This document shows positions 35,449 to 49,073 of a stretch of 64,000 nt of DNA, piece by piece. The stretch comes from Eledone cirrhosa. Taxonomy: Eukaryota. Under the pieces are notes generated by a model that saw only the letters and a list, made by a program, of their open reading frames with translations, searched no databases and had not been told where the DNA came from. A program made the position numbers and the translations under genes. The stretch spans positions 25,358,001-25,422,000 of the forward strand of contig OZ024753.1 in the NCBI GenBank assembly GCA_964016885.1, given 5' to 3'. The first letter of the stretch is position 1; every line of letters begins with the position of its first letter.

Positions 35449-38400
35449 ACATATGTGAGATATTACAGTTTTGCTGATTCAGATATCTTCAACTCTGTTT
35501 TATATTATATCTTTATATTGTTAGGTTTCTATTGTTTTATGTGTCATCCTTTACTCTTCATATATTTCTATCATATTGTAGCAGCTTTCTAAAGTCATTT
35601 ATTACAATGTTTATATCTAAAAACCTTCCACCATAATTGTTTCTAAGAACCTCTGTTAATCTACGTTCCAAGCACTAACTTATATTACTAAATCCCTCCA
35701 AACTCTTAATTATTTGGATCAAATAAGCAGCAAATGTCTTTTCTAAAATATCTTTCATCACACTTTTCTGTAAGAACCTTTAAGTTATGTTCCAAACTCC
35801 AACTTAATAATGAGAAGGTTAGTTATATTTATTAAATCCCTCCAAATTCTTGATAATTTTCAGAATTATTTAAAACCATAGGCAGTGTCTTTCATTAAAA
35901 TATGATAACAAAAGTGTTAATCGAACAAAGAAATGAAAACTGTTGCACTAAATAGATTTTAGTGATTCAGTATATTCTACATGAGAAATAATGGTAGAGT
36001 ATGCAATAAGTAATTCTTTTGCTGAAAGGTAATTTGAAATAGAGGATAAACTATGTATTCTACATCAGTTCATGAAAAAGTAACGACAACAAAAATGGTA
36101 ATAAATAATTAGATGACAATTCTAAACTTCTTTTATTTTTATATACATTTTTTCCTCTCCATATACATTATAATGAAACATCAAGTGATAAAAAATCTAA
36201 TATAAATTAAATATTTGACTAAAATTTATGGACAATACAACTTCAACAGAATTAATTTACAGAAATGAAACTCTTTTAAATATTGAGAATCATTTATTTT
36301 TTTTTTTTTTTCATCCACCACATTTAGAACAGTTATTTATATAAACACTAGCTCTCTGAATGAAACTATTTAAATAACGAATATTAAACAAAATGATATG
36401 CTCACATATGGAGATGATATAAAATAGGATGAAGACCCTTAAAGGCAGATATAGAAGTTGCCATCGGCTGCTATGAGGAATCAAAGCCCCTAGGGTTATA
36501 TTAGTCTAAAACTCTTCCATGTGTATATTTCTAATAGGCAGACTATCCAATGTGTTTCAATTAATTGTCAATATAATAAAGTAAAATATCTGTAAATGTT
36601 GTTAACTCTAAGGTAGACTTGATCACGTTGACCCTATCTTTGGAGACTTTCCAACAATCCAATCATATCAACATCGTCATCATTTTTACGTTCACTTTTC
36701 CATGCTAAAATATCTAATGTGTCCTTTCATTATTAAAAGACAATAGGATGTGAGTTGAAGGACATTTGGTTGCTATTTCCAGTAGGTCAAGAAACCACAT
36801 TATGTATTAGTAATAGCACTACCACACCGTGATTCAGTCTATACACTACACTGGCACTCCATCGGTTACGATGACCAATGTTCCAATTGATATGATCAAC
36901 AAAACAGCCTGCTCATGAAATTAACGTGCAAGTGGCTGAGCATTCCATATACATGCATATCTTTAACATAGTCCTCAGGGAGATAAAGCATGACATGGAA
37001 TGTGACAAGGCTGGACCAATTCATTTTTGCCAGCTCAGTGGACTGGAGCAAAATAAAAAAATATAGTTCCTTTCTCAAGCACACAACATATATGTTTTTT
37101 TTATAATAAACAACTATTTAGTTGTGCTACCTTGGTATCGCTTTAAGTGTGGCATGTACATGTATTTCAGAATTATTATTCATCATCAGTACACACTCAT
37201 ATGAAGATTCTAAGGTGTTAAAGACAGTAAAGTCTTAGATTTTGTAAACAAACTAGTTACATTTGAAATCTTATTTACAAAGTAAAAACTTGACTGGCTA
37301 GAATTATTAATTGTACTATCACAATGTAATTCAGAATTAAGGCATACATAGACTCATATATAATATGATTAAGTATAATAAATATATCGTCCCACCCTTG
37401 CAAGCAGGGAAAAGCGGACATAAAATGATGATGATGATGAAATATATATGAGTATTTCAAGCTCATGTGATCATATAACATTTAATAGTAAAATAGTCAA
37501 TGCTTCAGATGAAAATTAGACAGGCAGCAATCACATGTACAGTTAGGCAGCCATTATATACATATATATGTGGGGGGGGGGGGGGGGCTATACAAGTGGA
37601 AGCTTAGTAAAATCGAAGCTTTGGCTGTGGCCAAGCTAACTACGTACAATTAGGAATGAGCAGCAAAGCACTCAATAAGGTTGCAGGCCTTAGAGTAATA
37701 ACATATGTTTAGACAGCTTGACAAATTACAATTGCAGCATGTAAACCTAGCCACACAATACCAAAAACAACGAAAACACTAATCAGGTTAGACAACTGCT
37801 AGTAAGGAATGTGCCTGAGACAAACAAAGAAATGTCACAGATCAACTACACACACACCCTTTACTTCCTTACCCTGAAATCTATGTTCCTCACTACACAT
37901 ACACTCACACATACATATATCATACACATATTCACACACGCACAAAACTTTAAATTTTAATATCTTTTTCATCCATTAAGTCTACCAGCCATCAACAACT
38001 CTTCTCAGATTACTCTCTAAGCTGCCCCTCCCCACGATAATCGATGGTAAATCTGAAAATATTTGAAATCAATAAAATGGCTCCGGTAAAATACTACCAT
38101 TTTCTATAACTCCTATTACCTTGCCACTTTTAATCTTGTATGCATTGTTCAGATGCATCACTGATTTTTCGTTTTCTATTCTATCATACTCTGCTCTGTA
38201 TATATATATATATATATTTTGTATGGCCCCTTCACATATTGTTTAGCTCTGGTATTTTAACTATGGAGCGCTTGCCAGCATTATTTCTGATTTTTGTGTT
38301 TCGTTTCGCCTTTTCTATACGCTGAAATGCGATTCTCGCTAAATCTATATTTGTATTAATCTCCCGTGTCTTACAATTAACTTGTTAATAATTTTTATTG

Positions 38401-38962
38401 ACAGGTTAATTGTATAAGTTTATTTTAAAAACCACCCAGTTGAGAGCTTATTCCATTTGTGCTATCTTTTCAATTTTTTGCATGGTATACACATACTGAA
38501 TTCATTTGCCAAAATCTGGGGTTTTCCCCTTGTGAGTTCCACACGTGCTTTTACGAGCCTCTGTGTCATTCACAAATTTGGTACAGAGCGAAATACCTGT
38601 TGATAACGTGATATTCCTTGTTCGACCATTATGCCTAAAGCTTATATTTTTAAGCAGACAGTATTTTGATTTAGGTGTCATAGAAACCCTGCATTTGGAT
38701 TTTAACATCAATTCTAACGGGTCCAGGTCTGTGTTTTCTTTATCATTTATTTTATTTTGTTTTGACCTGCTTAGCTTGATTTACTTTTTGGCTTAGGTGG
38801 TTGACGCTTTCTTGACCACTATTTCAGTTTTGTATGGCCTCTTAACATATTGTTTAGCTTTGGATTTTTAACTATCGAGCACTTGCCAGTATCATATCTG
38901 ATTTTTGCGTTTCGTTTCGCCTTTTCTACCCGCCGAAATGCGATTTTCACTGAAACTATATT

Positions 38963-39004
<42 letters not shown>

Positions 39005-39009
39005 ATATA

Positions 39010-39700
39010 GTGAAGGAGGCAGAGGATTTGATGCAGGAGGTTGAGACTGTGTCGATGAGTGTGGGGCTAAAACAAAATATCTGGTAGAGAATGTTGAGAA
39101 GCCAGAGGGGATCACTAATGTAGGCGGGAAGACGCTAGAATTGGTTGAGGACTTCCTGTATTTGGGAGCAAAGATTGGGAATACGGAAGATGATGTGGTT
39201 GAGAGGAAGAGCAAAGCCTGGGCGGTGTGCCACAGCTTGAGATCGGTGTGGAAGTCGGACCTTCGTAAAGACCTAAAGATCCGCCTCTTTATTGCTGTAG
39301 TGGAGTCTGTGCTGCTGTATGGGTCTGAGACTTGGACACTGACCAAGAAACTCACTCAGATGGTGGATGGGTGCTACACGAGAATGCTGAGGATGGCTCT
39401 GAACATTAATCAGTATACACTGAGGATGAAAAACTCAGAGCTGTATGGGAGCCTCCCAAAAGCCAGCTCAAAAGTGACACAGAGGAGACTGAGGTTAGCT
39501 GGACATGCTCACTGACATCCAGAGTTGACATTGCACTCAGTGCTCCTATGAGAGCCCCTACATGGACACACTGGAAGAGGTTAACGTATGTTGATGCCCT
39601 AAGGACAGACACTGGTCTATTGGAGACGCAGGACATGGCAGCGATAATGAGGGACAGAGACCGCTGGAGAGAACTCGTCCATGGATCTCGGGAATTTTAC
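39010..39700 (+). mobile_element. RTE-type LINE 3' fragment
   Basis: ORF 39141..39515 has VEDFLYLG, ESVLLYGSETWTLT and RRLRLAGH. It is inserted after (TA)n. Confidence 0.85.
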
Positions 39701-40819
39701 CCGCCCTAGAAAATATATAAAGTGAAGTTGGACGTTACTTGTTTGTTTGTTTGTGTGTTTTGTGTCCTGAACTTGCAGGCTACACCGTTCATCCGATTTT
39801 CATGAAACTTGACACATATATAAAACTCAACCCGTAGATTGGAATAGGCTACTTGAAAATTTCGAAAAATCCATAATCAGAAGCCAAAAAATCGATATTT
39901 TCAAAAATCGTCCGATTTCGATGAAACTCAACGCAAGTGTGTATTTTGATCCGGGGATGAATGTGGGCTACATTAAACTTTCGAAAAATTGGATCACTAA
40001 AGGCAAAAATCGATATTTACGAAATTTGTCCAATTCCAAAGAAATTTGACGTAGGTATGTATTTTGATGCGGGGATCACCGTGAGGTACTTGAAATTTTC
40101 AAAACATCGATAATCGGACCCCCAGAGGCAAACATCGATATTTTCAGAATTTGTCCGATTTCAATGATATTTGATATTACCACGATAATAGATTCATTAG
40201 GAGTTACGCCAAGGCTGCAAAAATTCAGAAAGTTTTTTTAAACTCATAAATCATGCGTTAAATGAGACCTTTAAGAGTTAGGGCAGACAATTATTCATAG
40301 TTTAATTATCAATATTGTGGAAATATGCAAATCTATGCCTTTCTTTATGGGAAAATGGAAGGCTTTACAAACAGATATTCAGGATTCTTTGAGTAGAATT
40401 CTTAATTCTTAAATAATTGTACAGCCAACAAAATATATGACAGAATGTTTTTCATATTTTTTTCAAAAATCTTTCGATTTCAATGAAATTTAATGTGTAT
40501 GTATTCGAACACAAGCACTTTTAGTTTACACCTGGCGCAATCAAAGTCAATTTCATATGCCCATATAAGCACGCACACACTGTGACTCATGCATGTTATT
40601 GATTGGATGGCTTGTCTATACCACGAGCAGTATGTTTTCTCAACGATAGATACACAAACAGGTATGCACACACGTGCGAACCGCCTTTTTCTCTTTGTGT
40701 GTATCCACTTTTTGTGAACAATAAATCTGGCCGACTCACTAAACGGACCTTTACAGAATTTGCCCACTTACTTATCGGTGAGTTAGTGGAAAAAATTAGA
40801 AATAAGAGGGATCAGATGT

Positions 40820-41567
40820 TGTTTACTCGAGAGAAGGCTACGTTGGTACGGTCACGTGATGCGCATGAAAGACGACAGCTGTATAACAAAGTGCAGGGCA
40901 ATAAAGATAGATGGTAGCCACGGAGTAGGCAGACCCAGAAAAACATGGGACGAGCTGATAAATTCCGACCTCACACGCTTACACCTCTCCAAGACAATGT
41001 CACTGGACCGAGACCTTTGGCGGTACTCAGTAATAGAGAAGACCCGCCTTACCTAAATACAAAGTAAAAACCTACTACAGTCAGTAGGCATCTCTATCAA
41101 AACACACCCCCATCCCACCACCTCCACCCCATCCACACTGCCTCTTTCAATGTAAAGTTATGTTGGTCCCACAACATCCAGGCCGAAAAAAATGAGATCG
41201 TGTAGGTGTCACGACAAAAAAACACACAGTCCACGCTGTAAATGTGGCCGTGTAGGCAACACGGTAAAAACCTCCCAGCCCCACACTGTAAATGTGGTTG
41301 GTGTTAGGAAGGGCATCCAGCTGTAGAAAACCCGCCAGACAGTCCACGCTGTAATGTGGCCGTGTAGGCAACACGGTAAAAACCTCCCAGCCCCACACTG
41401 TAAATGTGGTTGGTGTTAGGAAGGGCATCCAACTGTAGAAAACCCGCCAGACAGTCCTATGCGAGCAAGACAACCACTCTTGCCTCAAGTGGGAAAACCC
41501 CCGTCCAAACCCATGCAAGCGTGGAACACGGACGCTAAACCTGATGATGATGATGATGATGATGACT
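40820..41567 (+). mobile_element. RTE 3' fragment (same family as 50865-54600) nested in the Helitron
   Basis: RMKDDSCITKCRAIKIDGSHGVGRPRKTWD is nearly identical to ORF 51262..51687. It has a ~113-bp internal duplication (41228-41455) and a (GAT)n tail. Confidence 0.85.
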
Positions 41568-42834
41568 ACTTGCATGCCATTTCAGTTAAATTTAATTCAT
41601 TTTTCGCCTTCCTTAAATTTAAAAATCCCCATTGGGACTAGGGGGATTGTCGACATCTTAGTGCTTAACTTTTCATATTCCCCCTTATTCAAGTGCAAAT
41701 ACAGTATTAACCCTATCTGAAAGGAAACCAAATTTAATGGTGTCTTTTCTGATGCCAAAAGCTAAAAGCGGTGAGTAAATTTTCAAACAGTCTTAAATAA
41801 TCATGCTTTTTGAAAAAAATGTACTAAATAATACTTTGACTAAGTTGTATTGGACACATACAAAGTTGTAAAAAATGTTACGCCCGTACCAATTTTTTCC
41901 TTTTTTAAACAAAAGGTTCTAAAAAATTACTTAATTCATAACACTACTGTCACAGCCTTTTGCACAGGAAGTGAGTAAGTTTTCGGGTTTTTAGACGTAA
42001 GTTCACCAGGCTTTGTGTCTCTAATGGTATTTTTTGTTCTGTTTACAACTAAATGTTATGAGCGTATTTGCAAATTACTATTGTTCTTTAATTTTTTAAT
42101 TAGGTGTCATAGACCATCTGCATGCAGTGCAATTGTTTATGCACACATACACACCTGCATGCAGATAAACACTGACAGCTAATAAAAAAATCGATAATTT
42201 GCTTATTAAGACATCGGTCAAAAAGAGAGATTGAATGTACTTTAGAAAATTTTTGAATATATTGTTGTTTTTGGCATGATATGTCAGAAATATAGCTACT
42301 ATTCACTTTGGTTATTTTTTGTAACTAAGAAACGGTTCCTTTTAGGTGGATACTTAACGAGAAAAATCCCAGAGTTTTGGACAAGTTTGTTTCAGGCACT
42401 GTATAGACGCCAATTTTGTCACACCTTGTTCATGAATTCGTATTCTTTTCCAATAGATATTTTCTGCTCTATAAGGCTCACCGAGATATAAGGCGTATCA
42501 TTTAAAATCAGGTCCGCGCAACGGCGTGTAAGGCCAACCAGGAAAATGCTATCTTCTTTACTTTTAGTCTAGATCTATTACTTCTGTTAGAGCCGTGATT
42601 GATTACCATTGTATTATTTATACATAAAGCTCACCAGAGTATAAAGCGCAGAGCTGTTTTTTGATGAAATTTAGGTATTTTAAGTGCACTTTACAGGCCG
42701 GAAAATTCGGTAAGTTATTATAATCATATTTCCAAACCTTCCCATTCACCAGTAACCATGCTAGCGAATCTGGTGTCACCTCTCTCTGTACTTAATCACC
42801 CCTCTCTAACCTAACAGCTTCGTTACATGTCGTT

Positions 42835-43812
42835 ATGCCCACATGGAAACATTCAAGACTTACCTCTAAAAAAGATACAGCTACTGCTTTGAGACGACGA
42901 ATTAGGCGTTCTCAGGTATGCGTTCATTCACAATTGGTTAATCCTTTATGCAATATTCTCCCTTAATGTTAGCAAGCACTGCGTTTATCCTAACTGTCAC
43001 CACTTTTAAGCAACTACAACATTCTAATCGTAGTTATATTAAATTTATTGTCTTACCTTGATTCCCTTTTGTTCAGATTACACTTTTCTCATTTAGTATT
43101 GGCACAGTGCCTTTGGCTTAGCTAACCAGTAGATTTATTAACTTTCTCTAGGAAACACCTGCTGAGCGCGAATCTCAACTCACTGATAGACGTCTTTCCA
43201 GGCTGGTTGAGTCACCAACATCCCGTACAACAAGGCTTGCTGGTGTTTGTCTTCATCGCCAACAAGCGTTGGCGGAGGAGTCACCAACATCCCGTACGAC
43301 ACGTCTTTCTGGCGTTCGCCTTCGTCACCAACATCCCGTACGACACGGCTTGCTGGCGTTCACCTTCGTCTCCAACAAGCGCTTGCAGAGGAATCACCAA
43401 CATCCCGTCAGACGAAGCTTGCTGGGGTTCGCCTTCGTCATCAACAAGCGCTTGCAGAGGAGTCCAAGGCAGACAGAGACAACAGGCTTGCTGTTAAGCG
43501 TTCCCGGCATACATTAGTTACTGCTGCCAAGAGCTCAGGCTGGGTAAAGCAGCCTTCAGATATAACCCCTCTGAGGATTACGGACTTCTGCCTACAGTTT
43601 CTATTGGCAAAATGGATAATATCTGTACATCCTGCAAGGCAATGAAGTGGCCAGGCGAGGCACCTTCTGTGTGCTGTGCAGGAGGTAAGGTGCAACTAGA
43701 GGCATTGGCTGACTCGCCAGACGTTCTTCTGAATCTACTTACAGGTGACGACACTGCGGCTACAATGTTCCGCCGTAACATATGGAAATACAACTCCTGT
43801 TTCATGATGGTG
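42835..43812 (+). pseudogene. Helitron Rep/helicase N-terminal remnant with one intron, STPR-like 23-aa repeats and a Zn-finger
   Basis: Exon 1 (42835-42915) reads MPTWKHSRLTSKKDTATALRRRIRRSQ|gtatgc. Acceptor ctttctctag| precedes 43152, giving ETPAERESQL in frame. Repeats read ESPTSRTTRLAGVxLxxQQALAE. Then IGKMDNICTSCKAMKWPGEAPSVCCAGGKVQL...FRRNIWKYNSCFMM, the classic Helitron Cys motif. Frameshifted and truncated. Confidence 0.85.
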
Positions 43813-43993
43813 TAGACAATAACAACACCAACAACAGCATGAACCCCAACAACAACGTTGCCCCTGTGAGGTGCGGGAAGTAACTTTCACACATTTTAAC
43901 AACAGAGCAAAGGTTGAGACTTACACCTGGGCAATGCCAGGTACTTCTGCTAGTATATTATATATATATATACATATTATATATATATATATA

Positions 43994-44283
43994 TGGCTTA
44001 GTGGTTAGAGCATTGGGCTTGCAATCGAAAGGTTGTGAATTCAATTCTCGGACCGGGTGATGTGTTGTTTCCTTGAGCAAGGCACTTTATTTCACATTGC
44101 TCCAGTTTACTCAGCTGTAGAAATGAGATGATAGGGACTGGGAAGGGCATCCAGCTGTAGAAATCAAGCCAGAATCAGTTCCCATATGAGCAAGACAATG
44201 TAGCTGACCGGACACTGCCCACAACAGGACAACCCATCTAACCCGTGCTAGCGTGGAAGAATGAACATAAAACGGTGATGATG

Positions 44284-44285
<2 letters not shown>
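43994..44285 (+). mobile_element. tRNA-derived CORE-like SINE family B with RTE-type 3' tail
   Basis: A box TGGCTTAGTGG, B-box-like GAATTCAATTC and CORE-like TCCTTGAGCAAGGCACTT. The tail GGAAGGGCATCCAGCTGTAGAAA...(GAT)n follows, in a (TA)n site. Related heads lie at ~36830-37085 (-), 56215-56445 (-), 60890-61040 (-) and 61618-61870 (+). Confidence 0.8.
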
Positions 44286-44314
<29 letters not shown>

Positions 44315-44442
44315 TTTATCCCGGGTTCAAACGGGGGTAACCACAGTAAGGTACTCAATACAAGCAGAGTATAATATATATATGTCTCATGCTCGTATCT
44401 CTCACTTAATTTTTAATTTATTGTTTTTTCTTTTAGCTGTCA

Positions 44443-46500
44443 CTAACAGAGGTACCCAGCGTTGCTCGGGTATTAAATACCAGTTATGTATACCATTTAT
44501 GTCAATACTTCAGTGCTGCTTGGAAAACTAAACTTTTACAAAATCATCGGTTTTTTCCCCTACTCAATATGTGCCAATTCTGAGAGTTCACATTCATCTG
44601 TATGTAGTCCATGTGTCAAGTTTTGTGAAAATCGGTTGCGAACTCCAGAAGTTATGACGTTTTGTTGCATTGCACTGCAGTGCTTCAGTCGACTCTAAGG
44701 AAGTGGTTAAAGGGGGTTATCTGCCGGGAGGCCCTATAATCAATATCTGGAAAAATGAAAGTGCCCATGACCATCCGGAGTACATAAGTAACCTATGTCT
44801 TAAGTTTGGTGAAAATACTGTAGAAATGCATAAGGTTTACACACACGCGTGCGTGTGTGCGTGTATTTGTGTGTGCGTATGTATGTGTATGTCCGTCGGC
44901 GCATACGTATGTACTGGCCTAAATCTTCACTATTTACTTTTACTATTTTAAGGCAAAGTTAAAATCCCGTCGAGGTTAACTTTGCCTTTCATCCTTACGG
45001 GATCGATAAAGTAAAGTACCAGTAATGTACCAGTGGCCTTGTGCCAAAAGTACCAGTAATGTACCAGTGGCCTTGTGCCAAAAGTAGAAACAACTATTTT
45101 AATAACCTGTCATTTTCGTTTACAATTTTATCTACATCATTCTTAAACTCTGGGGCTGGAAATCATTCGGTTTTTTAAATAGAATATTAGTATAACGACT
45201 CCATTTACACCATAAGCTTGGTCTTGTCTTTGCATGAAATTGTTCTTCTCGATCCACATAACGACGTATTATCCTCGCTTTTTTTCCGTTCATTACCAGG
45301 GAACGTCTTCACAAACCAAAATATCGTCTTCCTGTTTTCCTTCGGTTGCAACGTTTCCCGAAATATTTAATTCTGCGTTCACAGATTAAATTTTATAGTT
45401 TCAGAAGATCCCGTTTGCTTAAACTTTCTTTCTTTCTCAACCCTCTCCCTTTTTTCTCATACCATCTCTCTCTCTCTTTCTCTCTCTCTTCCTCTACGGA
45501 ATGGAGAACAATAAAGAACGCGCAGATCTCTCTCTCTCTCTCTCTCCATCTTTATATATATGTGTTTGTGTGTATGTGTGTGTGTGTGTGTGAACGAGTG
45601 TTCGTCGCCATTCTCTCTCTCTCTCTGTCTCTCTTGTACCTCTCTCTGTATAACGACCTATCTCACTCCTTCTCTCTACATCTCCCTTTCTCTCTTTAGA
45701 TGAATATGTATATGTGAGTGTGTGATATATATATAGAGAGAGAGTTGCATCATGTATGTAGTTTCATAGATTTTTTAGGGTAGTGAGAATAAAAATATAA
45801 ACAGAGCATATATATAAATTTACAGTAGAATAACATAACAAATATGTTTTAAATACATACATAAATAACATTACAAATGCCTCAGTAACACTACAAAGGA
45901 TGATACAATGAAAGATATATTCCTTCAATGCTACAATATTAAAGAAAATGTAAAGAAAGGGGTGAACAACGGAGCCAACACCAGAGCAAAAGACAGCAAC
46001 GTCACGAGTACTGGACAACCTCTCTAATTTTGAGGCAAGCCAGCACACTCGCAGTGTTACCTTGGGTGATGGCGAGGCTGATGCACTGAAATATTGTTTT
46101 AAAAGACTTTTTAATGGAAATGAAGCAAAATGGAAGCTTAATGTTGAAACTTCGAACTCATGAATTTTGCAGGTTAAAATTTTGCTGGCCCGAAAACTGT
46201 TCACGTATTTTTGTACGCGTAGTTTGTTCGTAACGTAAATAGATAAACAAATGACACCATAAAAGGGAAATAACTTGTCTCTCATCTCTATTTATACATT
46301 TGAACTGAAAAATCAATACATTACAAATTCGATTTTTGCACTGGGCGTGAGTCGATTTGAAAAATGTTTTGACCGATGTCTCTGCCGGACCTTCATCTAT
46401 AAGTGTAGCAATTTCACCGAAATTTGAACATACGGTTTAGGAGGAGATGTGTGCCGATAGTAGACAGACAGACAGACAATCTCAGTTTTATATATAGAGA
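44443..46500 (-). mobile_element. Minus-strand non-autonomous Helitron(s), possibly two adjacent or nested copies
   Basis: 5' terminus TCTCTATATATAAAACTGAG+(TGTC)n at 46500. 3' hairpin TACCCGAGCAACGCTGGGTA followed by TTAG at ~44443-44472. A family-A SINE is inserted at ~44950-45100. Confidence 0.55.
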
Positions 46501-46938
46501 TTTGTTACTACCTCCTATTCTCTACACGTATGTATGTATGCATCGAATATTGCTTTTCATGTTAGTACTACCTCCACCCCCACATCTTTATACAGATACT
46601 TACTCACCACCACCACCACTATTATCAACTATCGTACTCTGTACTTATATACTTTTACTTATTTTTTTTTATTTCTTTATTTTTTTTACTTTTTTTACTT
46701 TTTTTACTTTTTTTACTTTTTTTACTTTTTTTACTTTTTTTACATTTTACATTTGTAACTTCTTTACCTATTATTATATTTTATTATTGATGTTATTGTT
46801 TTGATTCTACACTGTATCTCTATATATACCATTGCCATATGTGAGTTCTCTAGTATTCTGAGGATTTGATCAAAAATTCTACAGTTTTTAAGCCAAGAAA
46901 GGAACTTAACATTGTAACTTTAACACAGCTACTGAGCA

Positions 46939-46968
46939 GCCCCGAGCAACGCCGGGCTTTACTGCTAG
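46939..46968 (+). mobile_element. Helitron 3' terminus
   Basis: Hairpin GCCCCGAGCAACGCCGGGC followed by ...CTAG|T. The 5' end was not located. Confidence 0.7.
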
Positions 46969-47059
46969 TATATATATAAATGTGTGTGTGTGTATATACA
47001 TATATGTACATGTAAGTATGTATATGTGCATATATATTTTTTTTCTGTATTCCTTTTAT

Positions 47060-47805
47060 ATCATCATCATCATTTTACGTCCACTTTTTCCTGCTTGCAA
47101 GGGTTGGACGGGTCCTATTCAGCACAGCATCTCTCCACTGGTCATGGTCCTTTGTCCTCTCCTCTGCCCATGTTTTTCGTCGTCTTCCTCTACAGTGTCT
47201 TCCTTCTACTGGCATTTCTTGGCACCTCTTTACCCAGCAGTCATCCTCCATGCACATCACATGTCCATACCATCGCAGTCTTCTCTCCCGCACACTACAA
47301 CTTATCCCTCTTATGCACAGTTTCTCTCTCAACTCATCTATGCTTGGTTGTTCACGCACATTGACATTGCACATCCAACGGAGCATACTTGCTTCATTTC
47401 CCTCCAGCCGTTGCATATCCTCTGCAGTTGCTGCCCATGTCTCACTATCATGCAGCATTGCACATCTCACACAGGCATCATATAACCACCCTTTTGTACG
47501 CAAGGAGAAACCCTTCTTTGTCAACAAAGGAAGCACCTCCCTAAACTTCTTCCAACCCGCCCTTATTCTACATACTATGGCCCCGGAACACCCCCTCCCA
47601 TGCTAATCTGATCACCTGGTACCAGAAGCTATCAACCACTTCTATAGAACCCACCTGCATTGGAAAAATGTGTCTATCACTGCGACTTCTACTGTCAAAT
47701 TTCCCTGTACATCTACTGCATACATAGTTTTCCCTACTTGTTAGTTTGCCTGCTATCCCACTACATCTCTTGAGTACCAAAGATCTGCATTGTGTACATT
47801 TTATA
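47060..47805 (-). mobile_element. RTE LINE 3' fragment (sister of 57073-57937)
   Basis: ORFs 47075..47536 and 47568..47852 contain LYDACVRCAMLHDSETW and RRLRWYGHV. A (GAT)n tail is present. Confidence 0.9.
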
Positions 47806-48554
47806 TAAAGTATATGTGTATATATATATGAAATATACAGTGAAATATCCAAACTTTAAAAGAGGGGAAATATCATAGTATGAACTAGTTATTTACTGTC
47901 AAGATTCTGTTACAAGATGTCAATCTTCCATTCACAATCTGATAATCTCCTATAAAAGGCTCCAGAAATGCAATTCTAATAATAATTGCAACACTCACGA
48001 TCCATTACAAGTAACCAAATGTAATTACCGCTCTACAATAGTGCACGATAAAAATTTCTACATATCATTCATTGTACAGTTGCTCATAAACACTGACAGA
48101 CTTTAGCTATAATTGTAATCAAAGAAATTTCCAAGTGACAAACTTATATACCAAAATGAACTGAATCTGCCAATTAGCATCTATTAACTGAATATAATTA
48201 TTTCTACTTTCTAGGCATAGCTGACACATGTTAATGGCCTTCTAAGAGAATTATATCATTAACAAGTAAATGACACAAATAGTGTGTTCAAAACCTCAAC
48301 TGAATTACCAATAAAAGCTGTTATGAAACTGTCACATATGTAAAAGACATACACACAATCTGCAATAGATTCTTTCTTACAGATGAAAATCTTGAAAAAT
48401 TACTCCAGGCTTCCTTCGAACATAAACTGCAAATAAGTTTATATTTAACAAATTTTATTATAGTGTATTATATATACCATATTATATTATATAATATATC
48501 ATTCATATATCCTCATCATCATCATTTTTATTTCCTTTTTTCCACACTTGCATG

Positions 48555-48602
<48 letters not shown>

Positions 48603-48696
48603 AGGGAATGTAACTTGGAGTTACTGTAGGTTCACCCAGATGAGCACTCGTTTAGGTTCACTTCAGTGTCGAGGTGTAGAACTAGGCAGAGTGTAT

Positions 48697-48978
48697 TATA
48701 GTGGAAAGATAATAAAGACGATTGGTTACTCCTTCATTACATTTATAGGTTGGTGACGCGCGTTTCACCACTGATCAGCTCAAGGTTCGATCTGTATCGA
48801 TCTTACCCGACTCTGTAATCTACTACCATTTCAAGGGGTCTGTCGAGCCGCAGATTACAGAGTCGGGTAAGATTGATACAGATTGAACCTTGAGCTGATC
48901 AGTGGTGAAACGCGCGTCACCTACCAATAAATGTAATGAAGGAGTAACCAATTGTCCTTGTCATCTTTTCACTATATA
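48697..48978. repeat. Long inverted repeat (~125-bp arms, ~30-nt loop)
   Basis: GGTTACTCCTTCATTACATTTAT..GGTGACGCGCGTTTCACCACTGATCAGCTCAAGGTTC..TTACCCGACTCTGTAATCT is mirrored at 48851-48978. Confidence 0.95.
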
Positions 48979-48988
48979 TATATCATTA

Positions 48989-49009
48989 TCTATAAAAGGC
49001 AGATTGTTG

Positions 49010-49073
<64 letters not shown>

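Larger units (their letters stand above)
39706..43953 (+). mobile_element. Internally deleted Helitron with nested RTE fragment
   Basis: Helitron-like 5' end (AT-rich terminus, GTTT microsatellite, CCGATTTTCATGAAACTT subrepeats). RepHel N-terminal remnant at 42835-43810. 3' hairpin ACCTGGGCAATGCCAGGT (43925-42) followed by CTAG|T (43950-53). The 5' boundary is less certain than the 3' one. Confidence 0.75.

Noticed and set aside
34505-35592. Pro/Thr/His-rich (mucin- or extensin-like) and Val/Gly-rich ORFs
   Set aside because: These are translations of a GGT/ACC microsatellite that is open in several frames on both strands, with no splice or domain support.
43994-44070. tRNA gene
   Set aside because: The A/B boxes run straight into a SINE body and tail, so this is a SINE head and not a tRNA. 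The same applies to the other SINE copies.
45764-46285. 173-aa minus-strand ORF
   Set aside because: It lies inside a non-autonomous Helitron-like segment and has no recognisable domain.
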